DNA of 64,000 nt from Octopus bimaculoides (GCF_001194135.2 NC_068999.1:40177421-40241420), one strand, 5' to 3'; positions 14,546 through 28,234 are shown, numbered from the stretch's first letter. The notes: generated by a model from the letters alone, not told the origin. A program made the numbers and translations.

Positions 14546-14890
14546 TTTTAATCTGCGTGTTTGTTACAATCACTTGCCGAGACACACCCAGCGTCCTAGG
14601 GCGAGTGAAGGAGAAGACATGTTACAGTATAACTGAAAGCTTGGGGAGGAGAAGAGGCAAGGACTGTAGCGAAATATCTTCATGTAATACAACACAGACA
14701 TTTAAATTGATAGTTTTTTTTCTAAGAATGTGGAAAGTACCTCTCAGAAAAATCATTTGGATTTCTCTGAGACATGGTTCACCTGGGTTCTTATCTACAT
14801 GTTTCTAACATCCCTAAGGCACCCACAATCACAGAACAGTTCTCGCTTTGACATGCCACATCTTATGTATTTCAATTTCTGCGTCCTTAT

Positions 14891-14892
<2 letters not shown>
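14546..14892 (-). mobile_element. 5'-truncated R4/Dong-like RLE retrotransposon (ORF C-terminus and 3' UTR)
   Basis: Minus strand: YKDAEIEIHKMWHVKARTV/VIVGALGML..PGEPCLREIQMIFLRGTFHILRK/LSI* with small indels, the typical RLE C-terminus YKDLEIEI..MW..PVIVGALG..EIQK..L.GT.HILR. Confidence 0.9.
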
Positions 14893-14944
<52 letters not shown>

Positions 14945-14945
14945 T
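14893..14945. repeat. (ATT)n array at the 5' junction of the RLE element
   Basis: Starts immediately after the truncated ORF and has the same polarity as 14407-14545. Confidence 0.95.
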
Positions 14946-16934
14946 TAGTAGTATTTGCAATAGTATTAGTAACATCAGCGGCATAGGCGGCAGCAGCAGC
15001 AGCAGCAGCAGGAGTAGTAGTAGTAGCCGCATCGTTGTATTTATAGTTAGTTTTGTTTTTATTGTTTTATTGTTTCAGCAACGTTTGAAGATAATTACCA
15101 AGTTTCTGAGAAAATGAATCCAGCAATGTGCAAACAACAAGAATAAAATTTTTTAAAAAACAGCACATAATTGACGCAGAAGTATTAGTCGTTTTTGCTT
15201 ATTTACAGGCTAATATGCAAAGAAATTTAATGTGATAATTTTCTTGCAATTAGTAACTCGTCTAGGGCAGGAGTAGTGCATTTTTTACTTTTCCTACGAC
15301 TGTTGTTTTTGTTGCTGCTTTCATTGTTTTTGTTGTTGTTTGTCAGAGTAGAGAAAGGAATACATCGTCGTCGTTTCCAGTGTAAATTACTAAGAAACGT
15401 CGATTGATTCAAGAGGGTGATAAGAAACGAAATATGCCGTCAGTACATTAGAGATGGTAATGATAGATCCTCTACGGAGAGATGAATGCTACGAAGCAAT
15501 TAAAATTAACGTGAGCTGTTGTAAATTAAAAATTTACAGATTGCGAAATGAAATCCGTCCACAAGAAAATAAGCAATATTAAATAAAGCCCATAAGTCGC
15601 TAGAAATGTCAAGCAATTTGATAACGAACAAACTAACAGAACTCTATGAAACAACAGAAAAGACACCCAGCAAGTGGTACATGTTTATCTGAGTGGTTTC
15701 TGTAAATGATATACAGTACTGACACTGCTAACATTATTGAATAATCATCTCACGAATAGCAGTGTTTCAAAGCAATGTCCTTGCTGAACTACAGTTTCTG
15801 CGGCCCTGAGAGATTTGAGACGAATTAAATATTGTACAGAACGCTTTGGATTTATAATGTGACATTTCTTAAAGAATTCATTCTCGTTCATGTTGTTGTT
15901 AACCTTATTCAGACGATGACTTGAATACTAGCCTCAAAGTTGCCTCCTGTGCAAGTAATCCATAACAAGGCGATGATGTTAATCCATGTGATATATGAAG
16001 GCTACAGCTCACTAACATCCTACCGATGTGTTTACAGGTAGTTTCCGTTTACCATGTCATTCTCATGTTTGTGATTAGCCTGAAATGATACAAAAAATAC
16101 TTTACCCAAAATGCCGTACAATACATCGAATTCATCGCCCGATTTAGTACCAACACAATGATATTTGTTCCATCAAGTGGACTGCTTTCCGTTACCAGCA
16201 TAACGCCCCCACTCCGTGGAAACACCAAAAGTGAACCATGAGATCATGAGATGTGGCTGTCGTCTTGACTGTTAAATCAAGAAATATAGAACGTGTAAGT
16301 ATGTTGTTATGAAGCGAAATTCGTATCCACAGCAGTTCTTTCTCTCTTACGTAATTTTATATCATAGTAGTTAGCCTATTGCTAGAGGTATTTCTATATC
16401 ATTTGACACTGACGAATTGATTGCTGTCCAAATTCTATTACACAGGAAATAGCTCTGACCAGACATGACATTTTTGACAATACATTAGCCACAGGTAGGA
16501 AACTGATGCAGAAAATGCATGTCGCAGTTTCTCTCCTGAAATGAAAGTTCTTAGAAGATGCTGGTGGTCATAATGGTGCAGATCTTGAATGACGGAGAAT
16601 CCCCAAAACTATAACACAAAAAAGTGTTGGAATTGTGGATGGCAATTGATATAGATTGGTAACGAAGTATCTATGCAAACAAATGGCATGTATATGTAAG
16701 AGATGCATTAGAAAGAAATGGATGGAAAAATCCAATCAATTTTGTTTTGGCCTAATTTAAAAGTAGACTAGAAAGGAAATACATAAACCGATAATGACAT
16801 TTTACCGTTTTTAGATTAATTCTAAAGTAATTAACAAAGGCAAACCTAAACAAGATAACGTTTTAAGGATATAACGGAACGTTTAGGCTTATGTTAAATA
16901 GACCGTTCTCAGAATAAGCAAAATAAAATACATG

Positions 16935-17085
16935 TTGTTTCGCAGCTCGATTTGCAATCACGTGAGTTCGGGTTTAGCCCTACTGCGTGGCACTTTGGGC
17001 CAGAGATTTCCTAAAATAATCTCGGGGACCGACCAAAGCCTTGTAACTGAATTTGGTTGCAGGACACTGTGTAGAAGCCCGTCAT
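16935..17085 (+). mobile_element. CORE-type SINE family B, 5' half (OR1/OR2-like)
   Basis: CTACTGCGTGGCACTTTGGGC..GGGACCGACCAAAGCCTTGT..TTTGGT..GAAGCCCGTC, followed by CA/TA repeats and a gap. Confidence 0.85.
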
Positions 17086-17139
17086 TTATACATGTAAATA
17101 CACGATTGCTCTAACTTATGTACACACACACACACATTC

Positions 17140-17180
<41 letters not shown>

Positions 17181-20100
17181 NNNNNNNNNNNNNNNNNNNN
17201 NNNNNNNNNNNNNNNNNNNNNNNNNNNNNNNNNNNNNNNNNNNNNNNNNNNNNNNNNNNNNNNNNNNNNNNNNNNNNNNNNNNNNNNNNNNNNNNNNNNN
17301 NNNNNNNNNNNNNNNNNNNNNNNNNNNNNGTATATACATATACGTACATATATGTGCATACAGGTTGGTTTGGTGCCTAAACAGAACAACGGCACTGAAA
17401 ATAAGACCATACAGCTATTTTCATTCGCTATTACTTCCGAGAATTGTTGCAGGTTGTTCCTTGACTTCTCATGTAACTTACTTCTAGCATACAATGAACG
17501 GTCTCTGTTTGTCTCTGCGTGTGTATGTATCTATATATATATATATATATATATATGCATATATACTCTGGTTGGATGATCGTTTGGAACAGCTTTTATC
17601 TTATATCTGCACATGAAACATCTGGTTGCCTTCTTAACCTACAGATAATGTATACACACACACTCATATATGTGTATGTGTGTGTGTTTGTATGTGTGTG
17701 TGTATGCATCTATGTATGTATGTATAATATTTTTACGTAAAATAGAAAAATCAGTTTGCATTCATTTAGTCATTGAATGTTGGATCTGTGTGGACTACTA
17801 ACCGGAGTTTATTTTTCACTGGACTCCATCATATGGCGACAGAAGAGTAAAAAAACACCAGAATCGTATCATTCATCACTTTTAAGAAAACAGTGTACAT
17901 CCAATCTAACACAGAAGCATCCCAACCTTCATAAACATGTTATTTTTTTGAAAACGTTCGCTAAACGCACACACACACATATATATTTTTTTCAGAGAAA
18001 CACAGAACATATTATTTCTCACAATGTATGTTGCTATTGGTTCTCTGTTTCCTTAAAAAATGGGGAAAAAAATATTTATTGCTGTAAGTTAATCACAGTT
18101 CGCCTTAAGGATATACGCGAAAATTCTAGCGATAATCCTCGAGACATTATCATTTCGATGCACGCATATAAAATTGCCACGTTGAGAGCCATAAACAGAA
18201 ACTGCTTGCCGTTGGCTTCACGTAATTGACGGCACGAATTGCTCTGAGACACAGCAGTCAAGTTTTGTTATCCTTTTCCATTTATATTAATACTCTTATA
18301 ACTTTCAGTGAAGAGTCTAGTATATTGTAAAGCAAAAGATGTTTGTAATTCATGGATTTAGGTCTCTGATTTTGTAGAATTTTAAAATTTTAATGAGAAT
18401 AAAAGAAGGAAAAAGCAAGATTTAGATCCTTCGAATTAAGGATCAGTATAGAAATGTTGTCAATTCTTCGATATTGTTAGATTTTGATTTGCTGTAAGCA
18501 TCTGGCTGTTGAGTGTAGCTACGGTAATATGTGTTAAGGCTATGCCAAACGACTTTTTGTGCTTTTTTCTAACCTATTGTGTAACACGCAGTATCATGCC
18601 TAATGAGTACTCCGTTTGTTATCGCAGTGTCTTATTCTGTAGCTTTTCATTTAACACGCTAGTCTTTATAGCGGTCATGAAGAAATGTCTATATCAACTC
18701 GGGAATCTCAATATCATTTGAAAATCAATAAACACATTCGTTGTATTCAGAGTAACAAGGTCAAGTCAACCTATAGATGTCCATCGTTGTGCATCTATTA
18801 AACTCAATTCAAAGAACCACCATTTATTCCATCCTCGTTCTGATTAACGGGTTGACCTGTATATCTCAATTATTGCTTTTCGCAGATAGTGAGAGAGGAT
18901 TAATTCGAAAGCTAAGCTTCAATAACAGTTGCAACCAGTGATCCGATACTACCATTTTATTATTTTCCCGATAATCGTATCCCCTACTCAGCAACTATCC
19001 TATTGACTATACAGAGGTCATTAATAAAATAGTTCATTCATTCTCTTGTGTGGTCAAGCTTCACACTTCACCTAAATTACTACCTTTTCTATAATCTTCC
19101 ATTCGGTATCAATCTCTCTCCCTCTTTTTCGTGTATTCCATTACCTAGAAAGAACTGAAGAATGACGCTAACTAATAGTTTAAAAGCGCAGCAATCACCA
19201 GGCAACGGAAAACAAAGTTCTACTTTAGGACACTAGGATATTATTGAGATTGAATTTTATATAGTGTTTCCTTTAGTCAAATTTTTCCTGTGAGCATGTT
19301 TTAGTGTTTATAGCTCAAAGGAAGAGCTGCAAAAGAGCAATAATGTTAAGTGGAGGAAGAAATACGGATCGTGTGTTTCTGCATTAGAATATCCCACAGA
19401 ATGGATATTTGGTCTGAGTGCTTGCAACAGCATGCCTTTCGAAAGCACCAGTTTGTGGTGTTAAATTCCGTGACTTATACAAACACACTGTCTAAACCCC
19501 CAACTTTAATAGTGAATCCGGGAGTGATCATACAAAAAATAAGAGATTCTACCTATCTCGAGACAGAAAATATTTTCAACAGAGCTATGCGTACAACAAA
19601 ACGTTAGCAAGGGTGGAATTTATTAAGTATGCCGCAAAAACCTAACTACAAACGCATGAAGAAATTAATTTACTTTTACATGTCTTCTCAATAGGAACGT
19701 AGTCGCCAGCGTAATTATAACCTTCTTGTCTCAAGCAAGACATTTCCCACTGAAGCAGAAAATAACACAGACATTCTTCAAAGCTAGCAATATTAATTAA
19801 CCTATAATATGCTTATAAAAAATGAAGTCTTAAATTTTCACTATATTTAGATTAAACGTTATGGTAAGCTTTCACAATCCGGAAGAGGTGAGTATGCAAC
19901 TTTTAGCTCCGGGTGTCCACTACCTACTGAGCATTTCGTATGATCAGTTAGATGCTTCCTGGCGAGTTCATGTCCAACCATGTAGGAGCGGGTTTTGCGT
20001 TGCGAAAACGCAACCAGGGAGTATATGGGTTCCTTTCCGCTTACAGACCAGAAAATCACCAATTAAAACAGTTTTCGCACCAACAACATAAACCCTGGAT

Positions 20101-20526
20101 TTGTTTCATATAGGATCGTATGTTTACAAAATGGTACTGTATGATGGATATATTGCATTCTCTGATGCTACGTACAGAAATATTACATGAATTAGCACAA
20201 CTACCCGTAAGAGGCGATACGTCTTTGAAACGATTTTTCGTTAAGAGACAAGGAAATCTCTACCTAATTTTCGAAATTCGTTAAGAAACTCAATAACAGC
20301 ATAGTTAATTGTGTGCTTAAGACATTCAATATACTGAACCAAACAACCCAATACAACAACAAAGGAAACTAATACCCGAATTAAAGCTTCTACCGTTTCA
20401 AACGGTTTGTAATATCGTTCAAAAGCAAAACTAATATTTTTCATTTGCCGTATCTGGGGAAATTCCAGCAGAACAAATTCCCTCCGCCCTATATACTGAT
20501 AGAGTTCTATAGTAACTATGTGAAGG

Positions 20527-20705
20527 TGTATGACTCAACTGGTTAGAGGGTCGGGCTCACATCATGAGTTAAGCGTTCGATTCCTTAATGAGCCTGTGTG
20601 TTGTGCTCTAGAGCAAAACATTTCATGTTCCACCTGTTCACTCACCCGTAGAAATTAGTTGTGTGTCACTAGCTCCAAGCTGTATCGACCTTTGCTTTTC
20701 CCTTG
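20527..20705 (+). mobile_element. SINE family C 5' portion
   Basis: tRNA-like head (ACTCAACTGGTTAG..GTTCGATTCC) and CORE-like TGTGTTGTGCTCTAGAGCAAAACA. Confidence 0.7.
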
Positions 20706-20840
20706 GTACTTAATTCATCGATCCCGAATGGATGAAAGGCATATTCGACCGCGGTGGAATTTGAAATCAGAACGTCAAGACGGACGAAATACTGTTAAGT
20801 ATTTTGCTCGGCTTGCTAACGACTCTGCTAGCTCGCCGCC
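20703..20840 (-). mobile_element. SINE family A, 5' half, inverted
   Basis: Reverse complement reads GGCGGCGAGCTAGCAGAGTCGTTAGC..GTTCTGATTTCAAATTCCACCGCGGTCGAATATGCCTTTCATCC..GATCGATGAATTAAGTACC. Confidence 0.9.
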
Positions 20841-21697
20841 TTTACTTAGATAATAATAATAGCAGTAAGAGTGACAATGATGATAATAATATTGATAATT
20901 ATGATTATGATAATAACGATTATTCCTTTCCTTTTCTTAAATTAAGAAACGGCAAGAACGAAGTAGTAGGAATTAAGTGAAACCTGATAACGATATTGTC
21001 ATAAATTGTTAACTATCAAACCGAAAATACCGCAACGCGGTGTAACCACTCAGCTCTCTCTGGATACGAAAGTCTTGGTCGATGTTTGAAGAATTTCAAC
21101 ACAGAGTGCTTAAGGCGAGACAGCATAACGTAGCAAGTAAGCTAAATCCGAAAATCAAGCGATTTTCTCAAGCGCATCTAGCAGCAATCTTCCCGAGATC
21201 TGTAAGTTGGCCTTTTGACCTATTGGAATTAGAAATCAAATTTCATTCAAATAACAATCTCTAAGAAAAAAGAAGAAAGAAAAATGTAATCTGGGTAATG
21301 CTTAAAAGAATGAGATTCTCAGTTATGGCTTACTTTATAATCTTAGATATACACGAGCGGTGAATTGAGTTGGGGTTAAACAAGAGCAACAACACTTTCC
21401 TCTTTTGACAGTTTAATACTCATCACAGTTACTTTAGTATCTCTTGATGATTCATAATCATACATTTTAATTTTTTTAAACTTTCTGTTTTCTAGGTCTT
21501 GTCATTAATTAATGACACAGTACTGTGTTGAAATTTATCTGGCAACACAGAAACTATAATGAGCACTGACATACATTTCCTGAACGTTGTATAGCGGGAA
21601 GGCAGAGCAGTAGATCACAAGTGATACGGTGGAAATCTTGGTCGAAATCAATTTTATTTTGAAGAATAACGTAAGCTCTCTTTCGAATAATTAGCAC

Positions 21698-21745
<48 letters not shown>

Positions 21746-21859
21746 GGTTGCGCAGCCGTAAGTAAATTTTTACAATTTCTAACCACTTGAGAAAAATTAA
21801 AGCACAGGCGTCGATCTGTGTTTAAGAAAGTCGTTTAACGAAGACGTCGTTTTGGGGAT

Positions 21860-22095
21860 CAGTCCCACTGCAAGTGTCATCTGCAGCAGCCCTGGGCCCA
21901 ACAATATCTTGTGGGTGAATTTTCCAGCTGGAAGCGCTGTAGAATCCTGTGTAATACTTTACGTTCTGAGTTCGATTCCCACTAAGATAAGTTTTGCTTT
22001 TCATTTCTCCTCTGTCAATAAAATTAAGTACAAGTCAAATATTGAGTTCTATAGTATAGACCATCCCCTGGCCTTCTACCTAAATTAGAAACCAC
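21860..22095 (+). mobile_element. Degenerate SINE B fragment followed by a SINE A fragment
   Basis: CAGTCCCACTGC..CTGGGCCCAAC (family B), then TTACGTTCTGAGTTCGATTCCC..AATAAAATTAAGTACAAG (family A). Confidence 0.65.
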
Positions 22096-23130
22096 TATTT
22101 GTACTAAATGTAATACCACGTAAACTTATATCAATAAAGAATTCTCGACAAGTGAAATCTCTTCTGGGGAATTCTATCCTATATTCTCGCGAACTCACCT
22201 CTGGTCTTCGTGATAGAGGAGCACCAAGATCAGAGGCAAATACTCCCTAAAAAATTACCTCAGCACCCACAATATTGATCACCATCAGGGGTCTATGTTT
22301 TGCTGCAGATCTCCAAGTCGACAGTCTTCTGTGTAAATATACACAGAACCATCCTTGTAGACAAACGAAACAAGAAATAGAGAGGAACTCTACAAACAAC
22401 TCTCTACCACACACTTAACCATGCTTTATCTGCGGCGGTGCCTGTCATTATAAATTAATATTTTATTTCAATATTCTTTATCATACTTAAAATGATTCAT
22501 TAAACAATTCATGATTCCGAATAAATCTTCAAGGACATTTTTAGTATCGTTGTTTTTTTATGTAGTTTTACAATTTCCTCCGTTACTTTTTTTTTTTTTC
22601 TCTTCTGTAAATTCATTCGTCGTAAGATATTTCGTCTTGTTATAGCTAGAAGTAATTATAAACTTTTACAGTTTGTTTGGATTACTTTGCCAAGTTAATA
22701 ATATTTACATTAAAAGTAAGAGTTACGGTTGCTGAAAATAAATATACACCTCTCATAAAACTATAACTTTGTAATTATTTTGTACATGAATATACACATG
22801 TACACACATAATTGAATGCCTCCATAATACAGTGACATTTATAACATCTAATAAATTTATAAACCTGGTTGTTATTCCAACCTAAAATATACTTTTGAAA
22901 CTATATGAATTTAATGCTACTATTTCAATATTATCATCATTATTATATTTATAATTTTCCCTATTAAACGTAGTTTAATTTCTGTATAAATGTCTAATTG
23001 AGTTTATCTGGCTATCAGTTAGGTTTTCTAAAAAGGTATACAGATGGAGTTCTTGGCTTCATACATCGCATGGTTGTATTTGAGCTTAGTATATACGGTG
23101 TTCAACAAATATCATTATTAAAGTGCTGAA

Positions 23131-23262
23131 TAGGTGATGAGCTGGCAGAATTGGTAGTGCGCCAGACGAAATGTTTAGCGGTAGTTCATCTGTTTTTATA
23201 TGTCCTGAGTTCAAATTCCGCCGTGGTCGACTTTGCATTTCAATTCTTCGAGGTCGATCAAA
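23131..23262 (+). mobile_element. SINE family A with intact Pol III boxes
   Basis: A-box TGGCAGAATTGG (23143-23154), B-box GAGTTCAAATTCC (23207-23219), then the family central block. Confidence 0.9.
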
Positions 23263-23939
23263 AGAAGCTGTTTTTGCTGTCCTTACGACTTCTCTTCGGT
23301 TGAAACTTATGTGAAGCTGTATCGTCGCAAATGGCAGTTTCAGGCTGGATAAACATAAGAGGCGTAAAGAGAGAAGGATAGAAATCATGGCCAACTGCAG
23401 GTTTTCCACAATAAATAATCTCGCTTTTGCGTGTGCGTAATTGTGCGGAGTAGCAAGCACCAACGATTATCCTCTAGACCAACACAAGGGGTGTAAAAAG
23501 AGGTGACTTGTAGCCATGAATAACTACCAATTCTCCTCAATAAATAAACTTCACATCTACATAAAAAATGTAAGGGAGACACCTCTAGTAGTTAATTTCT
23601 CTTTTACTAAATATTATTATAGAATATTCGTATTTATACCTTGAATAAACTAAAGTAGCTAACTCTTATACTATATTCCAAATAGGCCGATAACTAAAAG
23701 GTACCTCCATACTGTATACCAGCAGGGTTTTTTGAGAAGCATATTTACTCCGCTTAGGGATTGCACCAGTGTGGCTATTTATTCCGTTTGTATTGTAACA
23801 TGTGCTTCTCATTCATTATACTTTAAATAATAAGTCAAAAAAACCTATAGAATTTTATAATTCGTTTGTTGGTGTAAATTTTCTCATAATTGACTAAACA
23901 TTGGATATAATTCTATACTGGTTTATGTATGTATGTATG

Positions 23940-23970
<31 letters not shown>

Positions 23971-24106
23971 GTATGCATGTATGTGTGTATGTATGTACAA
24001 ATATCTGCAGGTGTTTGTAACCAAATATAGGTAGATATAAATGCATACATATTTCAGTATACATTGNNNNNNNNNNTATATATATATATATATGTATTTA
24101 TATATA

Positions 24107-24208
24107 GGGAGAATTCACAAAAAAAAACAACAAAAGACGAAGACAGGTGGTATGGACAACAAACAGATCTATTAGCTTAACGCTCGGGAAGTGAAAAAGT
24201 CTTTAACG
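24107..24208. repeat. Dispersed repeat fragment, possibly a Penelope-like element end
   Basis: Shares AACAA.CAG.T.TAT....T.ACGCTCGGGAA(G)GTGA.AAAGTCTTT.ACGT with 58621-58688; the family assignment is from memory only. Confidence 0.6.
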
Positions 24209-25069
24209 TATGTATATACATATATATACACACACACATATATATATATATACTTGCATATATATACATACATATATAAGTGTGTATGTATAATTTACAT
24301 ATATTTAATATAATTAGATATATAAATAGACATAAGTATTTATGTTTGCATATATATATATGTATATATATTGAGATAGGTACGTAAATAAATACATACA
24401 TACGTACATAGCTACATACATACGTACATACATACATACATACATACATACATACATACATACACACACACATGTATAGTTACATAAATAAATATATGGG
24501 GGAATTGTTTGCTAACGTGTGACAGCTTATCCCCAGATTCATTGTTATTTGATGTATCACCTAATGTCTCAGAATATACGATTATCATATTAAGTCCTAC
24601 TTACACGGTTTGATAACCGTAACCATTATGAACTGATCGATTAAATAGACACGCTTCACTAATCCATTTAAGGCAGAATCTTTTAATCATACACATAATC
24701 CTTAACAACACAATTTATTGGCAGATAATCATGATGCAATTTTCTGATATTTCAGTAAGATATTTCGAAAGATGAAAGACGCATTGCAAGAAGTAGTGAT
24801 GTTGGGGTGAGGTGACGGTGGTGGCGTCGGGTGTTGTGGGGTATTATAGTGATTGCGGGGGTGGGAGAGTGGTAGTGTGGAGCCGGTCGTGACTTTGGTG
24901 CAGTGGTGTAGATGGTTGTGGCAGTGTTAGTAGTAGCGGTGGAGGTATTGGTGGTCGTGCTGGCCTTGGTAGATGTGGAAGAAAAGGATAATGAAGCTGA
25001 GGAGTGAAAAGAAAAACATCAGTAAATTGAAGGGAGTGGAGGAAAGATTAAAAGATAGAAGTGTAGGAG

Positions 25070-25100
<31 letters not shown>

Positions 25101-25127
25101 ATAAGTCTAATCTGTTGTGTATATATG

Positions 25128-25128
25128 A

Positions 25129-25166
<38 letters not shown>

Positions 25167-25226
25167 GAAGAAGAAGAAGAAGAAGAAGAAGAAGAAGAAG
25201 AAGAAGAAGAAGAAGAAGAAGAAGAA
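25128..25226. repeat. Compound (GAT)n-(GAA)n microsatellite
   Basis: Direct read. Confidence 0.95.
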
Positions 25227-25572
25227 AACATCAAAGATCTACAAAAATAGGAAAAATAGAAAGAAGTAAATGAATAAAAGAAGGAGAATAAAATTCAGAA
25301 CAAGTGAAAGAGAAAAGGAAAAGAAACGTTACTAAGACGAAGAAAGCAAATGAAAAGAGAAAAAAGGAGAAAAGTAGCAACGATAGGACAAGTGACATTT
25401 CGTAAAACAAATCAATTAAACCAGTTATGCGTAAATCCGTCGAGGTATGGCTGTTATCAGATGGAAATTTGATCAAATTATTCTCATCTTAAATTAAAAG
25501 AACACTATATATATGTGCGCTACCTTGTCATGTTTGAAAGATGGGCTAAAATGTCTTGTCCTCGTTATTACA

Positions 25573-25573
<1 letters not shown>

Positions 25574-25647
<74 letters not shown>
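25574..25647. repeat. (ATCT)n tetranucleotide microsatellite
   Basis: Direct read. Confidence 0.95.
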
Positions 25648-25648
<1 letters not shown>

Positions 25649-26043
25649 CTCTATCAGTCTACATATCATTCTATTTCTGCACACAGTTTTATTAAATGTT
25701 TTAACAAAACTGTCCGACGATCGGGAACTTTTGTTATATTTCTGCTGCTTCTAAATAAAAACTTATGTATGTAGATAGACAGATAGCGATAGAGAAAAAT
25801 ATAGAAACAACGAGAAAGTGACACGGGGCGGATAGAAAATTGAGACTGAGAAGGAGGAATAACGATGATGCTTTTGAAGGACGACTCCGTTAAGTGCTGC
25901 CTAGATAGTACACTTCATCATTCATAAATTACATTCATATATTTACCAATGAGTAAACATTCAGGAGGAATCACATTGTGTACATATTTATGCACGCACG
26001 TTGGATTTCCAATGTAGAAACACATTTAAATATACAGGCAGGC

Positions 26044-26092
<49 letters not shown>

Positions 26093-26406
26093 NNNNNNNN
26101 NNNNNNNNNNNNNNNNNNNNNNNNNNNNNNNNNNNNNNNNNNNNNNNNNNNNNNNNNNNNNNNNNNNNNNNNNNNNNNNNNNNNNNNNNNNNNNNNNNNN
26201 NNNNNNNNNNNNNNNNNNNNNNNNNNNNNNNNNNNNNNNNNNNNNNNNNNNNNNNNNNNNNNNNNNNNNNNNNNNNNNNNNNNNNNNNNNNNNNNNNNNN
26301 NNNNNNNNNNNNNNNNNNNNNNNNNNNNNNNATATATATATATACATAGAGGGAGATGGATAAATAGATAGATAGTTATATGTATATACGAGGATATATA
26401 TGTATG

Positions 26407-26444
<38 letters not shown>

Positions 26445-26466
26445 AAGAACATATATCTGTGTGTCA

Positions 26467-26497
<31 letters not shown>

Positions 26498-27720
26498 TAA
26501 CTACATAAAGGTGTACGTTGTGCATGCGCGTGTATGTATGCACACAGGCATACATATCTCTGGTTTCATGCGTATTTCATACACTGCATTTTGTCACTGG
26601 CATTTTTGATGGTAACGTTCCAATAATCTTTATACATTCAATAAAATGCATATTTTCATAATGATTACTAGTGTACAGTAAATGAAATATAAGCAGAAGA
26701 GTAATAAAAAAAAACAGAAAAACAAAAATATTAGAAAACAACTGAAGCTTCTTTCTGAATTTGAATGAATAGTTCTTGTCATGCAAACGTTTAGAAGAAG
26801 GTCATGGGATAAAAGGTTTTCGCAAGATTTTGACAAATACCGGATAGAAGTCAGTTTGCTATAAACTTGGTTAGCGTGCCGGCCGATTGCAGTGTTTTTC
26901 CAAAAGAAAGATGTATATAAAATTGCTTTCTGTAAATATTTCCTTTAAAAGGTAAATGACGTCAAACTCACGAAACATGAACAGCTTTTTAAAGTTTGAA
27001 ACGACACGAATCTTGTCGACAGCAATGATGACAATAACCATGCCCGTACCTAATTAGAACAAGTTAAATCATCAGCTATAAACATGCTCAGAGCTCGTTG
27101 TTATATAAAGTAGGCATTTATTGGTGGCTCTTTGTGTTCGCTGTTCAAGTTCAAGAGATATCAGCTTTTAGTTTTCTGAGGATGAGAAAATTCAGTACAA
27201 TCCGACATGAAACACAAAACGTCCGGCCAAAGATGGTTCCTTGCCTCCTATTTTATAAATATAATACTACTTTTTATGGCTGCTGGTGCTCCATTTCTCA
27301 ATACCGCGTCTTTTAACGATTTCATATGAATGCATTTAAAGGGCTTCATCAGGAAGATTTTAACTCGGGATCAGGACCTAAAGCAAGCTAAGTAAATACC
27401 AGACAGGTATATACAGGATTTATTTAATACTATTTGCATTAGGATTGCAACAATTCTCAAATTATATATAATTGCTTTTACTATAGGGAGGAAGGGGAAA
27501 TCATCCTAGGCGGTGTTTGAACATAGATTCTGAAGCCTGAAAACATAAAGCTAAGCATTTGGACCGAGAATGACTCTGCAAAATCTCTGACTTAACGTTC
27601 TACTATCAAACGTAAGAACTTAAATTCTGATTGGCACAAACTTGAAAATTTTGTGCGTACTTATTTTTATCAATCTTGGGAAGTTGAAAGGCCAAATAGA
27701 CAATGGTCGTATTTGGACTT

Positions 27721-27738
27721 AACAATAATAATAATAAC

Positions 27739-27813
<75 letters not shown>
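27721..27813. repeat. (AAT)n microsatellite
   Basis: Direct read. Confidence 0.95.
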
Positions 27814-27816
<3 letters not shown>

Positions 27817-27859
27817 CTTGTCTTAAAATATGAAAGCAAGAAAGCATCTNNNNNNNNNN

Positions 27860-28176
27860 TAATTCACCTTTGGAAACATGAGTGTTTTGCTCAACATCCT
27901 TAAACAAACCTTATTCAGGGACATTTTGAGCGGGATGAGCTACTCGACCTGAAGAAAATTCTAACTAGGCCCCATCTGCGAGGTCATGCGCTGTGTATGT
28001 TGATATGAGATTACCATGTCGCGCACATATGGTTGGGATGCATGTGCCTGGTGTACCCTTATCAGACGGGTAGCCATGAAGAGTATACTGGGCTTCTTAT
28101 ATTTGTACTCCAGTGTCACTTTGATGGCATGCCCTGCTCTCTCACTCAATAATAATAATAATAATAATAATAATAA
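27860..28176 (+). mobile_element. Probable 3' end of a non-LTR retroelement with an (AAT)n tail
   Basis: Complex, relatively GC-richer ~290 nt ending CTGCTCTCTCACTC(AAT)n. Recognised from memory as a common octopus repeat end; there is no coding evidence for the clade in this window. Confidence 0.55.
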
Positions 28177-28234
28177 NNNNNNNNNNNNNNNNNNNNNNNN
28201 NNNNNNNNNNNNNNNNNNNNNNNNNNNNNNNNNN

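Noticed and set aside
17777-18229. 150-aa plus-strand ORF
   Set aside because: It starts at TTG, includes a CA-repeat, and shows no recognisable motif or splice context.
23131-23220. A-box/B-box heads as tRNA genes
   Set aside because: No cloverleaf; they continue into SINE bodies.
24829-24866. Four G-runs as a possible G-quadruplex
   Set aside because: One loop is about 15 nt and the region is degenerate trinucleotide sequence, so support is weak.
27310-27360. Minus-strand CTGATGA...GAAA suggesting a hammerhead ribozyme
   Set aside because: No stem II can form beyond one base pair.
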